Shown here piece by piece: positions 38,673 to 48,645 of a stretch of DNA of 64,000 bases. The notes beneath the pieces are model-generated. The model saw nothing but the letters and a program-made list of their open reading frames with translations, searched no databases and was not told the DNA's origin. The position numbers were made by a program, and so were the translations under genes. This stretch comes from Alphaproteobacteria bacterium (GTDB taxonomy: Bacteria > Pseudomonadota > Alphaproteobacteria > UBA828), in the NCBI GenBank assembly GCA_963422645.2, contig CAXXVO010000002.1:64001-128000 (forward strand), given 5' to 3'. Within the stretch, counting starts at the first letter, position 1. Every line of letters begins with the position of its first letter.

Positions 38673-39620
38673 CTAGAGCGCCTGTTTGCGGCCAGGCTTT
38701 CCGGCGCGTATGGCGAGCACGCCGGCAACGACAATCAGCACCGCGCCCGCACCCATGAGCCAGTCCACGCCCTCGCCCCAGAACAGCCAGCCGAAGACGG
38801 CGGCAAACACCACCGCCGTGTAGATGAACGTACCGACCCGGTCGGTCGGCGCAATCAGGCAGCCTTTTGCGAAGAGGACGTGGGCGGCGGTCGAGCACAC
38901 GCCCAGCACGATCAACCCGGGCCAGGTTTCAGCCGGCGGCAGGGTCGGGTTCATCAGCACGGGCGTGAGCGTCACCAGAATGCCGATGAGCGCAAAGTAG
39001 ACGGCGATGCGGAACGGGTCCTCGTTGGCCGGCATGCGCCAGATCGCGACGGCGGAGAGCCCGCCCAGCACGCCGGATGCGAGCCCGATCAGGGCCGCAA
39101 ATTGAAAGAATTCCGTTCCCGGCTTGAGGATCAGGGCGACGCCCGCGAAGCCGATCAACACCGCCGCCAGCACCCTGCCATCGAACGCGAATCGGAACAG
39201 AAGAAAACCCAAAACGGGCACGAAGATGGGCGAGCTGAAGTTGAGCAGCACCGCCTCGGCAAGCGGGAGCACGCTGACTGCGTGGTAGTAGCAGAGCAGC
39301 GCCGCTACCAATGCCACCCCGCGCATCACCATCAGCCCGCGATGCGCCGGGCGCATCGACCGGGGCCAGTGCCGGATGACCCAGGGCGTCAGGATTGCGA
39401 GGCTCAGCACGTTGCGCCAGAACAGCACCTCAAAGCTGGAAAGGCTCTCCTCCGCCATCTTGATGCCCATGCCGGCGAGGGCGAACATCAGCCCGGCAGC
39501 AGCCACGAGCGCCGCGCCCAGGAGCACCCGCCCGCGTCCGGGAATGGTGCTTGATACCGTCTGTTGATCGCTCATCGCGGGGTGCGGGACGGTGGGTTCG
39601 GTGTTTCTCTCATGGCTCAC
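38673..39620 (-). CDS. DMT/EamA-family transporter
   Basis: About 10 hydrophobic segments, LPLAEA..L.FSSP, GVALILKPG. Confidence 0.85.
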   Translation of the reverse strand: MSHERNTEPTVPHPAMSDQQTVSSTIPGRGRVLLGAALVAAAGLMFALAGMGIKMAEESLSSFEVLFWRNVLSLAILTPWVIRHWPRSMRPAHRGLMVMRGVALVAALLCYYHAVSVLPLAEAVLLNFSSPIFVPVLGFLLFRFAFDGRVLAAVLIGFAGVALILKPGTEFFQFAALIGLASGVLGGLSAVAIWRMPANEDPFRIAVYFALIGILVTLTPVLMNPTLPPAETWPGLIVLGVCSTAAHVLFAKGCLIAPTDRVGTFIYTAVVFAAVFGWLFWGEGVDWLMGAGAVLIVVAGVLAIRAGKPGRKQAL

Positions 39621-39822
39621 GGGCCGACTTCCGACTTAAATTGGCGGGCGTACCAACGCCATCTTCCGAGCGTATGGAGTATCGCCGAAAAATGTGTTAC
39701 CTAGCGCCGCGTCCGTCCGTCCACGCGGCATGGTCCGTCCGTGATTCGGGAGCCGCACGGGGCCGCTGTCCGCCGGTTGAGACCGGCGTAGCCGTTCACG
39801 CAGTCCGACGAGGGAAGGTTAC

Positions 39823-40062
39823 ATGAGCGATAACGATATCGCCGCACGCGTCAAGAAGATCGTCGTCGATCACCTTGGCATCGAAGAGGAAAAGGTGACC
39901 GAGAATGCGAGCTTCATTGACGATCTCGGTGCGGACAGTCTCGATACGGTCGAGCTCGTGATGGCCTTCGAGGAGGAGTTCGGCTGCGAAATACCCGATG
40001 ACGCCGCCGAGAAGATCCTCACGGTGAAGGACGCCATCGACCACATCGAGCAGATCACCTGA
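39823..40062 (+). CDS. acpP: Acyl carrier protein
   Basis: [20 protein letters not shown]. Confidence 0.98.
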   Translation: MSDNDIAARVKKIVVDHLGIEEEKVTENASFIDDLGADSLDTVELVMAFEEEFGCEIPDDAAEKILTVKDAIDHIEQIT

Positions 40063-40131
40063 CGGGGCGGCCAGAGGGGCCGATGGCGCGGACACAGCCT
40101 GCGCGAGACCCCAATAGCTGGAGAGCAATGA

Positions 40132-41409
40132 ATGCGCACCGCTGACCCGGCGCGCAGAGTGGTGGTCACCGGTGTCGGCATGGTGTCGCCGCTGGCGAAC
40201 GGCGTTCGCCTGAGCTGGGAGCGGCTCCTCGCCGGGCGCTCGGGCATCGCGCCAATCGAAGGGTTCGATCCCAGCGATCTGCCGGTCAAGATCGCTGGCG
40301 AAATCTCGTCCGGCGACGATGAGGGCGCGTTTCGCCCGGCGGACATTGTATCCACCAAGGACCTGCGCAAGATGGACGATTTCATCGTCTACGCGCTTTG
40401 TGCCGCGGTGGAGGCGGTGGAGGATTCGGGTTGGATACCCGATGACGAGGAGAGCCTGGAGCGAACCGGCGTGATGATTGGCTCCGGAATCGGCGGGCTC
40501 AAGACCATCGAGGCTGCAACCGTGATGGTTGAAGCGAAAGGCCCGAGGCGGCTCAGCCCGTTTTTCATCCCGTCGAGCCTCATCAACCTGGCCTCGGGAC
40601 ACGTGTCGATCCGATACGGCTTTCGCGGACCCAATCACTCGGTGGTCACCGCGTGCTCGACGGGGGCGCATGCGATCGGCGATGCGTCGCACCTCATTTT
40701 GCGGGGCGATGCGGATGTCATGGTCGCCGGCGGGGCGGAAGCGGGCGTTTGCCATCTCGGCGTCGCCGGCTTCGCGGCTGCCCGCGCGCTCTCCACCAAT
40801 TTCAACGACACGCCGGAGCGTGCATCCCGCCCCTGGGACGAGGCGCGCGACGGGTTCGTGATGGGCGAGGGCGCGGGCGTGGTCGTACTGGAGGAGTACG
40901 AGCACGCGAAGGAGCGGGGCGCTCCCATCTATGCCGAAATTCTCGGTTACGGCATGAGCGGCGATGCCCACCACGTGACCGCACCAGCGCCGGACGGCTC
41001 CGGCGGCTATCGCTCCATGGCGCACGCGCTCAGGACCGCGGAGCTCAACACCGACGAGATCGACTACATCAACGCGCACGGCACCTCGACGCCGCTCGGC
41101 GACGAAATTGAGCTCGGCGCCGTCAAGCAACTCTTCGGCGAGGACGCCGGGCATCTCTCGATGTCATCGACGAAGTCGTCGATCGGGCATCTGCTCGGTG
41201 CGGCGGGCAGCGTGGAGCTGATCTTCTCCATTCTCGCCATCAACCACGGCGTGATCCCGCCGACACTCAATCTCGACAATCCCTCGCCGGGCTGCGATCT
41301 CGATCTGGTGCCGCACGAGGCCAAGGAGCGCAAGGTCGAGCGGGCGCTGTCGAACTCATTCGGGTTCGGCGGCACCAACGCCTCGGTCATCGTAGGCCGG
41401 CTAGCTTAG
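40132..41409 (+). CDS. fabF: 3-oxoacyl-ACP synthase II
   Basis: TACSTG, NAHGTST, GHLLGAAG, NSFGFGG. Confidence 0.97.
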   Translation: MRTADPARRVVVTGVGMVSPLANGVRLSWERLLAGRSGIAPIEGFDPSDLPVKIAGEISSGDDEGAFRPADIVSTKDLRKMDDFIVYALCAAVEAVEDSGWIPDDEESLERTGVMIGSGIGGLKTIEAATVMVEAKGPRRLSPFFIPSSLINLASGHVSIRYGFRGPNHSVVTACSTGAHAIGDASHLILRGDADVMVAGGAEAGVCHLGVAGFAAARALSTNFNDTPERASRPWDEARDGFVMGEGAGVVVLEEYEHAKERGAPIYAEILGYGMSGDAHHVTAPAPDGSGGYRSMAHALRTAELNTDEIDYINAHGTSTPLGDEIELGAVKQLFGEDAGHLSMSSTKSSIGHLLGAAGSVELIFSILAINHGVIPPTLNLDNPSPGCDLDLVPHEAKERKVERALSNSFGFGGTNASVIVGRLA

Positions 41410-41419
41410 GGGGTGGGCA

Positions 41420-42415
41420 ATGAGGCGCGCCCTCCTATGGCCGCTCACGGGCGTGGCGGTCGTGGTGGGCCTCGCCGTCGTCCTGGCGATAACAGGTTGG
41501 CTCTACGTCCACGGCCAACTCGACACACCGGGGCCCGCGCGCGACGAGCGCACCGTGGTCCTGCCCCAAGGACTGAGTGCCTTCGACATCGCCGATGCGC
41601 TGGAGGAAGCAGGCGTCATCGACGATCCCTTGCTCTTCGTCGCAGGGCTCTGGATCGAGGACAAGCAGCACGCGCTCAAGGCCGGCGAGTACGTGTTCGA
41701 GGCGCTAATCACGCCGCGCGGCGTGATGGAGAGGCTGGTCGCGGGCAAGACCGTCGTGCACCGCCTGACCGTCGTCGAGGGCATGACCAGCGCCGAGGTC
41801 GTGGCCGCGCTCAACGCGGCACCCGGGCTCGAAGGCGAAATCATGGCGGTGCCAGAAGAAGGCACGCTCTTGCCCGAGACCTATCACTACGCGCTGGGCG
41901 ACAGCCGTGCCGTGCTCATTGAGCGCATGCAGCGCGCCATGGCGCGCCTAGTCGACGAGCTGTGGTCGGCCCGTGATCTCTCGGCTGGCCTCGACGAAGC
42001 ACACAAAGCCGTGGTGCTGGCCTCCGTGGTCGAGAAGGAGACGGCTCTCATCGATGAGATGCCGGTGATTGCTGGCGTCTTCCTCAACCGACTGCGGAAG
42101 GACATGCGGCTCCAGGCCGACCCCACCGTGATCTACGCGATTACCGGCGGCGAGCGGCCCTTGGGACGGGCGCTGAGGCGTGCAGACCTCTGGGTCGAGA
42201 GCCCATACAACACCTACCGCCAGAAGGGCCTGCCGCCCGGTCCCATCGCCAATCCGGGGCGCGCGGCGCTCACCGCAGTGCTGAACCCGGCCGAGACAGA
42301 CGCGCTCTACTTCGTTGCCGACGGCTCAGGCGGGCATGCGTTCGCGAAGACCCTGGATGAGCACAACCGCAACGTCGCAAGCTGGCGCGCCAAGCGTGCC
42401 AAGGCAAGAAAGTAG
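41420..42415 (+). CDS. mltG: Endolytic transglycosylase
   Basis: LASVVEKET, LQADPT, SPYNTY...GLPPGPIANPG. Confidence 0.95.
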   Translation: MRRALLWPLTGVAVVVGLAVVLAITGWLYVHGQLDTPGPARDERTVVLPQGLSAFDIADALEEAGVIDDPLLFVAGLWIEDKQHALKAGEYVFEALITPRGVMERLVAGKTVVHRLTVVEGMTSAEVVAALNAAPGLEGEIMAVPEEGTLLPETYHYALGDSRAVLIERMQRAMARLVDELWSARDLSAGLDEAHKAVVLASVVEKETALIDEMPVIAGVFLNRLRKDMRLQADPTVIYAITGGERPLGRALRRADLWVESPYNTYRQKGLPPGPIANPGRAALTAVLNPAETDALYFVADGSGGHAFAKTLDEHNRNVASWRAKRAKARK

Positions 42416-42430
42416 CAGCGGGAGGGCGAT

Positions 42431-43327
42431 ATGGGCGGTGCTTCGGCCCTATCCAGCATGACGGGCTTTGCGCGGGCGAGCGGCGGCAATGGCGCGGCTG
42501 GCTGGAGCTGGGAGGTGAAGAGCGTCAACGGGCGGGCACTGGACATCCGCTGCCGCCTGCCGCAGGGGATGGAGCGGCTCGACCCGGCGGTGCGCAGCGC
42601 GGTGTCTGCACAGCTTCGGCGAGGCAATGTCACGGTGGGGCTCAGGCTCTCGCATGCGCCGGAAGCTGCGGCCATGCGCGTCAACAGGGCCTGGCTCGAC
42701 GAGCTGATCGCGCTTGCCGCCGAGTATCGCAGCAGCGACGACATCGCGCCGGCGCGCCTCGACGGCATGCTGGCGCTGCGTGGCGTCATCGAGACGGTGG
42801 AATCGTCTGACGATGCCGAGCGCGCCCAGGACGACGGCGCCATTCTGGAGACGCTCGACGTGGCGCTCGCCGAGCTGGTGCGCGAGCGGCAGGCCGAGGG
42901 GGCCGCGCTCGCAGCAACGCTGACGCAACGGATCGAGGAGATCGTGGCGCTCACACGCCAGGCCGAGGCGTTGGCGCCCACGCGCCAGGAGGCGCTCAGC
43001 GAGCGCCTGCGCGAGCAGGTGGGAGCGTTGATCGGCGCAGGCTCCCCTGTATCTGAGGATCGGCTGGTGACGGAGCTCGCGCTCCTCGCCGTCAAGATCG
43101 ATGTGACCGAGGAGATCGACCGGCTCAAGTCCCACTGTGCGGCGGCGGCGCGCCACCTGCGAGAGGAGGGTGCGGTCGGGCGCAAGCTCGATTTCCTGGC
43201 ACAGGAGTTCAACCGGGAGGCCAATACGCTCTGCTCCAAGGCCTCCGATTCAGCGCTCACGGAGGTCGGCCTCGCACTCAAAGCCGCCATCGACCAATTC
43301 CGTGAGCAGGCGCAAAACGTCGAGTAG
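42431..43327 (+). CDS. yicC: YicC/YloC-family endoribonuclease
   Basis: SMTGF, KSVNGR, EEIDRL, GRKLDFLAQEFNREANT, REQAQNVE. Confidence 0.95.
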   Translation: MGGASALSSMTGFARASGGNGAAGWSWEVKSVNGRALDIRCRLPQGMERLDPAVRSAVSAQLRRGNVTVGLRLSHAPEAAAMRVNRAWLDELIALAAEYRSSDDIAPARLDGMLALRGVIETVESSDDAERAQDDGAILETLDVALAELVRERQAEGAALAATLTQRIEEIVALTRQAEALAPTRQEALSERLREQVGALIGAGSPVSEDRLVTELALLAVKIDVTEEIDRLKSHCAAAARHLREEGAVGRKLDFLAQEFNREANTLCSKASDSALTEVGLALKAAIDQFREQAQNVE

Positions 43328-43330
43328 GCG

Positions 43331-43999
43331 GTGAGCGTTCTTACCGACAGTTCGGCTCTCGGGCGCCGCGGCCTCCTGCTGGTGCTGTCATCGCCCTCCG
43401 GTGCCGGCAAGACGACCATCACCCGCCGCCTGGTCGAGCTCGAAGGTGACGGAGTCGAAATCTCGGTCTCGCACACCACGCGGCCCAAGCGGCCGGACGA
43501 GATCGACGGCCGCGACTATCATTTCGTCGACGAGGCTGGGTTCGCACGCCTGCGGGAGCGCGGGGCGTTCCTTGAATGCGCGGAGGTGTTCGGCCACTGG
43601 TACGGCACTGCCCGCGACCCGGTGGAAAGCGCGCTAGATGCCGGCCGCGATGTCGTCTTCGACATCGATTGGCAGGGGAGCCAGCAGCTTGCCGAGGCGG
43701 ACGAGGGCGACCTGGTCCGCATCTTCATCCTGCCGCCGTCGTTGGAGGCGTTGGAAGAGCGGCTCAAGCGGCGCGCCCAGGACAGCCCGGCCGTGGTCGC
43801 GGAGCGCATGAGCCGCGCCGCTGACGAGATGAGCCACTACGTCGAGTATGACTACGTGGTGGTGAATAGCGCGCTTGAGCGGTCCGTCGCGGAGGTGCGT
43901 GCGGTGCTCCGCGCCGAGCGGTTGCGCCGGGGCCGCCTGAAAGAGCTCGACGAGTTCGTGCGCGGGCTCACGGCCAACACGAAGCCGCCTCAGGGCTGA
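43331..43999 (+). CDS. gmk: Guanylate kinase
   Basis: SSPSGAGKTT, SHTTR, YGT, DIDWQG. Confidence 0.96.
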   Translation: MSVLTDSSALGRRGLLLVLSSPSGAGKTTITRRLVELEGDGVEISVSHTTRPKRPDEIDGRDYHFVDEAGFARLRERGAFLECAEVFGHWYGTARDPVESALDAGRDVVFDIDWQGSQQLAEADEGDLVRIFILPPSLEALEERLKRRAQDSPAVVAERMSRAADEMSHYVEYDYVVVNSALERSVAEVRAVLRAERLRRGRLKELDEFVRGLTANTKPPQG

Positions 44000-44483
44000 G
44001 CCGGACGACTGCGCCGGCCACACCGTCGAGGGCACCGGGGGCGACAGCCAGCGCGAGCAGCCGGCTGGAATCCTCGAGGCCAGGCAGGGTGATCCCGTAG
44101 CGCACCGCGCTCGTAAAGCCGAAGCGGCCGAGATAACTCTGTTCGCCCACCGCGACGATGATCGCATGCCCCTCTGCTGCGGCCTTTTCCAGCGCGGTCC
44201 GGACCAGGAGTCCGCCAATCCCGCGTCGTTCATGAGCCGGATCGACCGCAATCGGCCCCAGTAGAAGCACAGGCCCCGCATCACCGATTCGCACGGGCCA
44301 GTGTCGGATTGTGCCGAGGATTCGGCCCTCAGCCTCAGCAACGAAGCAGAGGTCGTGCACGGGCCGGAGGCCTTCGCGCAGGCGGTAGGAAGGGCGGGCC
44401 AGGCGGTCCGCGCCAAAGGCGCGGTCCAACAGGGCCTCGATATGCGGGCCGTCTTGCGGCCCCTCGGTGCGAATGGAAGGCAT
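43968..44483 (-). CDS. GNAT N-acetyltransferase (YhbS-like)
   Basis: RPSYRLRE, LLGPIAVDP, RRGIGGLL, RFGF. Confidence 0.85.
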   Translation of the reverse strand: MPSIRTEGPQDGPHIEALLDRAFGADRLARPSYRLREGLRPVHDLCFVAEAEGRILGTIRHWPVRIGDAGPVLLLGPIAVDPAHERRGIGGLLVRTALEKAAAEGHAIIVAVGEQSYLGRFGFTSAVRYGITLPGLEDSSRLLALAVAPGALDGVAGAVVRLSPEAASCWP

Positions 44484-44624
44484 GATGACGTTGCTCTCGA
44501 CGACGGACGGGCGTGATGTTGGCGCCGCCGTGCCGGTGGCGCGGCGGTGTCAGCGGTGTCGTCGTCGCTCGCGAGCAAAACGCATCATGATGGCTCGCTG
44601 ACTAGCCCGAATTTCCTATCCTGG

Positions 44625-45506
44625 TCAAGGTTTGTGCAGCGCCGCCCAAGCGCGAGCGAGCGTGCAGAACTCGGCGACCGAAAGCGTCTCGGCCCGCGCT
44701 TCGGGTGGGATGCCCGCGTTCCGAAGCAGCGCCAGCGGCTCCGTAGTGAGGCCGCGAAGCGCGCGGCGCAGCATCTTTCTGCGCTGGCCGAATGCCGCGC
44801 GGGTCACGGCATCGAGAGCGTCGGGGTCGGCCGGAGCGAGCGGTGTCGCGCGGGGCACCAGGCGCACCACCGTCGAGACCACGCCGGGCGGCGGCACGAA
44901 AGCGCGGGGGCTCACGTCGAAGAGGCGCTCGCAGGTGCAGAGCCACTGCGCACGCACCGAGAGGCCGCCGTAGTCTCGCCCGCCGGTCGCGGTGATCCGC
45001 GCCGCCACTTCCTTCTGGAACATGAGGGTCATGCTCTCGATCCGCTCGACCCGTTCCAGCCAGCGCAACAGGAGCCGTGTGCCGACGTTGTAGGGGAGGT
45101 TCGCCACGATCCCGATGCGGTCAGACCCGAGAGTCGCGATGTCAAACGCGAGCGCGTCGCCCTCGACGATCTCGAGCCGATCGGGATAGCGCGCCGCGAG
45201 CTCTCCGAGCGCGGCCACGCAGCGGCGGTCCTTCTCGACCGCGACGACACGGGCTGCACCGGCGGCCAGCAGGGCCCTGGTCAGCCCACCTGGTCCCGGC
45301 CCCACCTCTAGTATGATTGCCGGGCTGCCAGGTTGGGCCGCCCGCGCGATTCTCCCGCACAGGCTGGGATCGAGCAGGAAATGCTGCCCCAGCGCCCGCC
45401 TGGGCTGCAGACCGTGGCGTGCGATGACGGCGGAGAGCGGCGGCAGCGGGCCCGCACGCCCGGCGTCTGCGGTGTCCGCCGCATCGGGGGCGCTGCCGGC
45501 GGTCAA
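44625..45506 (-). CDS. rsmA: 16S rRNA dimethyltransferase
   Basis: LGQHFL, EVGPGPG, ANLPYNV, MFQKEVA, QRRKML. Confidence 0.95.
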   Translation of the reverse strand: MTAGSAPDAADTADAGRAGPLPPLSAVIARHGLQPRRALGQHFLLDPSLCGRIARAAQPGSPAIILEVGPGPGGLTRALLAAGAARVVAVEKDRRCVAALGELAARYPDRLEIVEGDALAFDIATLGSDRIGIVANLPYNVGTRLLLRWLERVERIESMTLMFQKEVAARITATGGRDYGGLSVRAQWLCTCERLFDVSPRAFVPPPGVVSTVVRLVPRATPLAPADPDALDAVTRAAFGQRRKMLRRALRGLTTEPLALLRNAGIPPEARAETLSVAEFCTLARAWAALHKP

Positions 45507-46471
45507 ATTCGTACGTCGATGAACGCCGATCGGTGCAGGTCACGCACGTAGCGCCGCGCCAGCATCTCCAGCCTGCGCCCCGCGATATCCTGCCGGATCG
45601 CTTCCCGATCGAGCCCGGCGGCAGGCATATCCGCGAGCACGGTGCGGCGGTCGATCAGCGAGACGATGTAGTAGCCGTCGAACGCCCGCACCGGGGGCGC
45701 GATCGATCCTGGTTCCAAGTCCGCGAGCACGGCTTCGATCTCACTCGGGAGCTGCCCTTCGACCACCCAACCGATGTCACCGCCGACGGCGGCGGTGGCG
45801 CTTTGCGAAAACTGCTGCGCGATCTGGGCGAAGCTGGCACCGGCGGTCAACTGACGGTAGAGACTCGCTGCAGCGCCGCGGACCTCCGCTTCCCGCCCGA
45901 TCGAATCGACCGCCAGAAAGATCTCGGCCACACGGTATTCGGGACGACCCCGGTTGGCCTCGAGCCGGGCGATCGCCTCGTCGATCTCGCCCTCGCCGAC
46001 CGAAACCGTCGCACCCAGGCGACCACGCACGAGCTTGGACCAGAGAATCTCGGCGCGCAGTTGCTCCGTGACGGACGCAATGTCCAGTCCCTGGCGTCGC
46101 AGAAACTCGTCGAGCGCGCCGGCTGGGATACCGTTACGTTGCTCGACGGTCCGCCGCGCGTTCGCCATCTCCACCCTGCTGACCCTCACCCTGTAGCGCT
46201 CGGCCTCTTGCACCTTCAGTCTTTCGTCGATGAGCGAGCGGAGTACCTGCGGTGCCAGTTGTTGGCGTAGCTCCTCGCTGATCTGCAATCGGGACGACAC
46301 GATGGCGATATCGATCCGCGCCACGAGATCGGGGACCGAGATCGCCTCGTTGTTGACTACGGCGGCGATCCGCACGGCTTGCTGACCGCTCGCCCTGTCG
46401 ACAGGCAGGAGCATGATCGGCAGCAGCCCGAACAGCAGCAGGGCGGCGCGCGTGAGCGGCAATAGTTTCAT
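45503..46471 (-). CDS. surA: SurA-like periplasmic chaperone/PPIase (single parvulin domain)
   Basis: Signal peptide, AAVVNNEAIS, FAQIAQQFS, GGDIGW. Confidence 0.85.
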   Translation of the reverse strand: MKLLPLTRAALLLFGLLPIMLLPVDRASGQQAVRIAAVVNNEAISVPDLVARIDIAIVSSRLQISEELRQQLAPQVLRSLIDERLKVQEAERYRVRVSRVEMANARRTVEQRNGIPAGALDEFLRRQGLDIASVTEQLRAEILWSKLVRGRLGATVSVGEGEIDEAIARLEANRGRPEYRVAEIFLAVDSIGREAEVRGAAASLYRQLTAGASFAQIAQQFSQSATAAVGGDIGWVVEGQLPSEIEAVLADLEPGSIAPPVRAFDGYYIVSLIDRRTVLADMPAAGLDREAIRQDIAGRRLEMLARRYVRDLHRSAFIDVRI

Positions 46472-46478
46472 CGTCGCC

Positions 46479-48638
46479 TCAGCCGGCGTGCTTCAGATTG
46501 ACGGTCAAGTGCCATACCGTGCCTGACTCTACGTCCCGGTCACGGGTGAAGGAGCGCGACACACTCGTGCCGATAACAATACATTCATCTTCATAGAAAA
46601 GACCGACTCTCCAGTTAATGGAAGCGTTGTCTTCGAGGTCGCGCCGGGCCTCGGCGGAGAGCGTCCAGTTGTCGAGGGGTTTTGCCGTGAAGCCCATGAG
46701 CGCCTCTCTGCCACCGGCAAAGTCCGTCAACATGCTCTCGGGAGGCCGGTCCACGTCGGCGAAGCCAAGCCGGGCGCGCAGCCACTCCGGACCGGCGGTG
46801 AGGTCAATTTCGTTGCGTCTGACGGTGAAGTCTCGGTGGTCGAGACGGAAGCGCAGGGAAAAATCGAGCCAAGGCGACGGCTGCACGAGGATGCGGCCAA
46901 CGTAGTCGGACATCTGATGTTCAAGGCCGCTGCCGGCCTCGAAGGGCGAATCCTCACCGGCCCGCGCGCTTTGGCCGATCAGCGCGGTCGCACGGCCACC
47001 GCCTGGGCCGTAGAGGCCGAGGCGCACACCGTAATTCACACGCGGTCCGGTCTCGATACGGTCGAGGCCGGTGTGGCGATTGGTGCTGAATAGATTGGTG
47101 TGATCAAACTCCAGGTCTCGGCTGTCTTCGTTGGGAATATCGGAGGGATTGCCACCTTTGGGGCTGATCACGCCTTGCACGATGGGTTCGATAAGATGTC
47201 GGAACGGTCCGATCCGCGTGATGAGCGGATAGCGCCATTCGACCGCAAGCTCCGGCACGAAGCGCCCGGCCGCTTCGCTGCTCACAACACCGTAGGGCTC
47301 CAGGTGCTTTACCGGGGTATAGGCGTGATAGAGGTCGCCGCGCAGGCTCGCGTCGATCCGGAAGAGGTGGCCGCCCGGCAAGATCGTCGGACGGTGCCAG
47401 CCGCCGGTGATCGAGAGCCTGCGCGTGTCGATTCCGTCCAGGCGCTCCAATATCAAGAGGTTGGCGTCGAGTGTGGTGTAGCCGCCGGCATAGTTCGGTG
47501 CGCTCACCAGGTGCGCATCGAGCAGGGGGAGCACGATCGGGCTTTGGTCCCCCTGCTTGCCGGCCCGGAGGCCCTGGAACGAGTAGCCGGCGCCCGACAT
47601 GTAGCTGCGCCGGTGGAACCGCTCCGCAAACAGGGTCGTGACCAGATCGTCCTTCGACGAGATGCTGTAGCGGCGCAGGTAGGTGTCGTCGAGGGCGCGC
47701 TCCAGATCGAAGCCCCATCGCCAGGTCTCGTCGATGTCGAAGAAGCCATGGCCGAAGACGTGTCCCCGGATTCTGTCGCCGTCCTGGTCGGCGGTAAGGG
47801 CGCGGGTAATGCTCGCATCGATGGTAAACTGACCGTCCTGCGTGCGCTCGCGGTACTCGCCGGCCAGCACGGCACTTTCCAGGGCGGTGAACCGGGGCGC
47901 AAAGGTCACATCCCGATCAGGTGCGAGGGACCAGTAGTAGGGAATTGTCACCTCGGCGCCCAGGGCCGTAGAGCTGCTGTAGGACGGGCTAAGGAATCCG
48001 CTTTGGCGCGTCACGCTCGGATCGGGATGGCGGAAATAGGGCGTGTACAAGATCGGCAGGCCGAAGAACTCGAGCGACGCATCGCGGTAGGTAATGGAAC
48101 GCTCCACCTGATCGTGAATCACGCGCGCTGCCTTGAGTTGCCAGAGCGGTACCGAGGCAGGATCGTCGGGGCATAGTTCGCACGGCGAAAACACCGCCCT
48201 CCGCATTACCGTGCGGGTGCCGCCGATGCGTCGGGCGCCGCTTGCAACGAGCCGCGACTGGTCCGTCAACAGCACACTCAGACGGTGAATCACCCCTTCC
48301 CTCAGATCGCCGGTGAGCTCGAGGGATTCGGCGAACATCACTTCGCCGGTGGGCTCGCGTAGGGCGACGCCGCCCTTCGCCGTCACCACATCGTCGCCGC
48401 GCCGGTAATGGATGCGTGCGGCACGCAGCACGCGATCGCCCTGGGCGACTTCTACATTGCCGGAGGCGATGACGGTGTCGGCGGCCTGGTCGTAGATCAG
48501 CTCGTCGGCGGTCATCAGGAGATCGCCCGTCATCAGGTCGCCGAGATCGGGCGCGGACTCGGTCTGTTGCGCACTCGCCTCCAGCGAGGAGAGGGCCAGG
48601 AGACACGCGAAAACGAGCGGCGCGAGGGCCTTCGTCAT
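46479..48638 (-). CDS. lptD: LPS assembly protein LptD
   Basis: ASGNVEV, FSPC..C, PILYTPYF..PDP..RQSGFL, PNEDS, YEDEC. Confidence 0.92.
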   Translation of the reverse strand: MTKALAPLVFACLLALSSLEASAQQTESAPDLGDLMTGDLLMTADELIYDQAADTVIASGNVEVAQGDRVLRAARIHYRRGDDVVTAKGGVALREPTGEVMFAESLELTGDLREGVIHRLSVLLTDQSRLVASGARRIGGTRTVMRRAVFSPCELCPDDPASVPLWQLKAARVIHDQVERSITYRDASLEFFGLPILYTPYFRHPDPSVTRQSGFLSPSYSSSTALGAEVTIPYYWSLAPDRDVTFAPRFTALESAVLAGEYRERTQDGQFTIDASITRALTADQDGDRIRGHVFGHGFFDIDETWRWGFDLERALDDTYLRRYSISSKDDLVTTLFAERFHRRSYMSGAGYSFQGLRAGKQGDQSPIVLPLLDAHLVSAPNYAGGYTTLDANLLILERLDGIDTRRLSITGGWHRPTILPGGHLFRIDASLRGDLYHAYTPVKHLEPYGVVSSEAAGRFVPELAVEWRYPLITRIGPFRHLIEPIVQGVISPKGGNPSDIPNEDSRDLEFDHTNLFSTNRHTGLDRIETGPRVNYGVRLGLYGPGGGRATALIGQSARAGEDSPFEAGSGLEHQMSDYVGRILVQPSPWLDFSLRFRLDHRDFTVRRNEIDLTAGPEWLRARLGFADVDRPPESMLTDFAGGREALMGFTAKPLDNWTLSAEARRDLEDNASINWRVGLFYEDECIVIGTSVSRSFTRDRDVESGTVWHLTVNLKHAG

Positions 48639-48645
48639 GCCGCCG

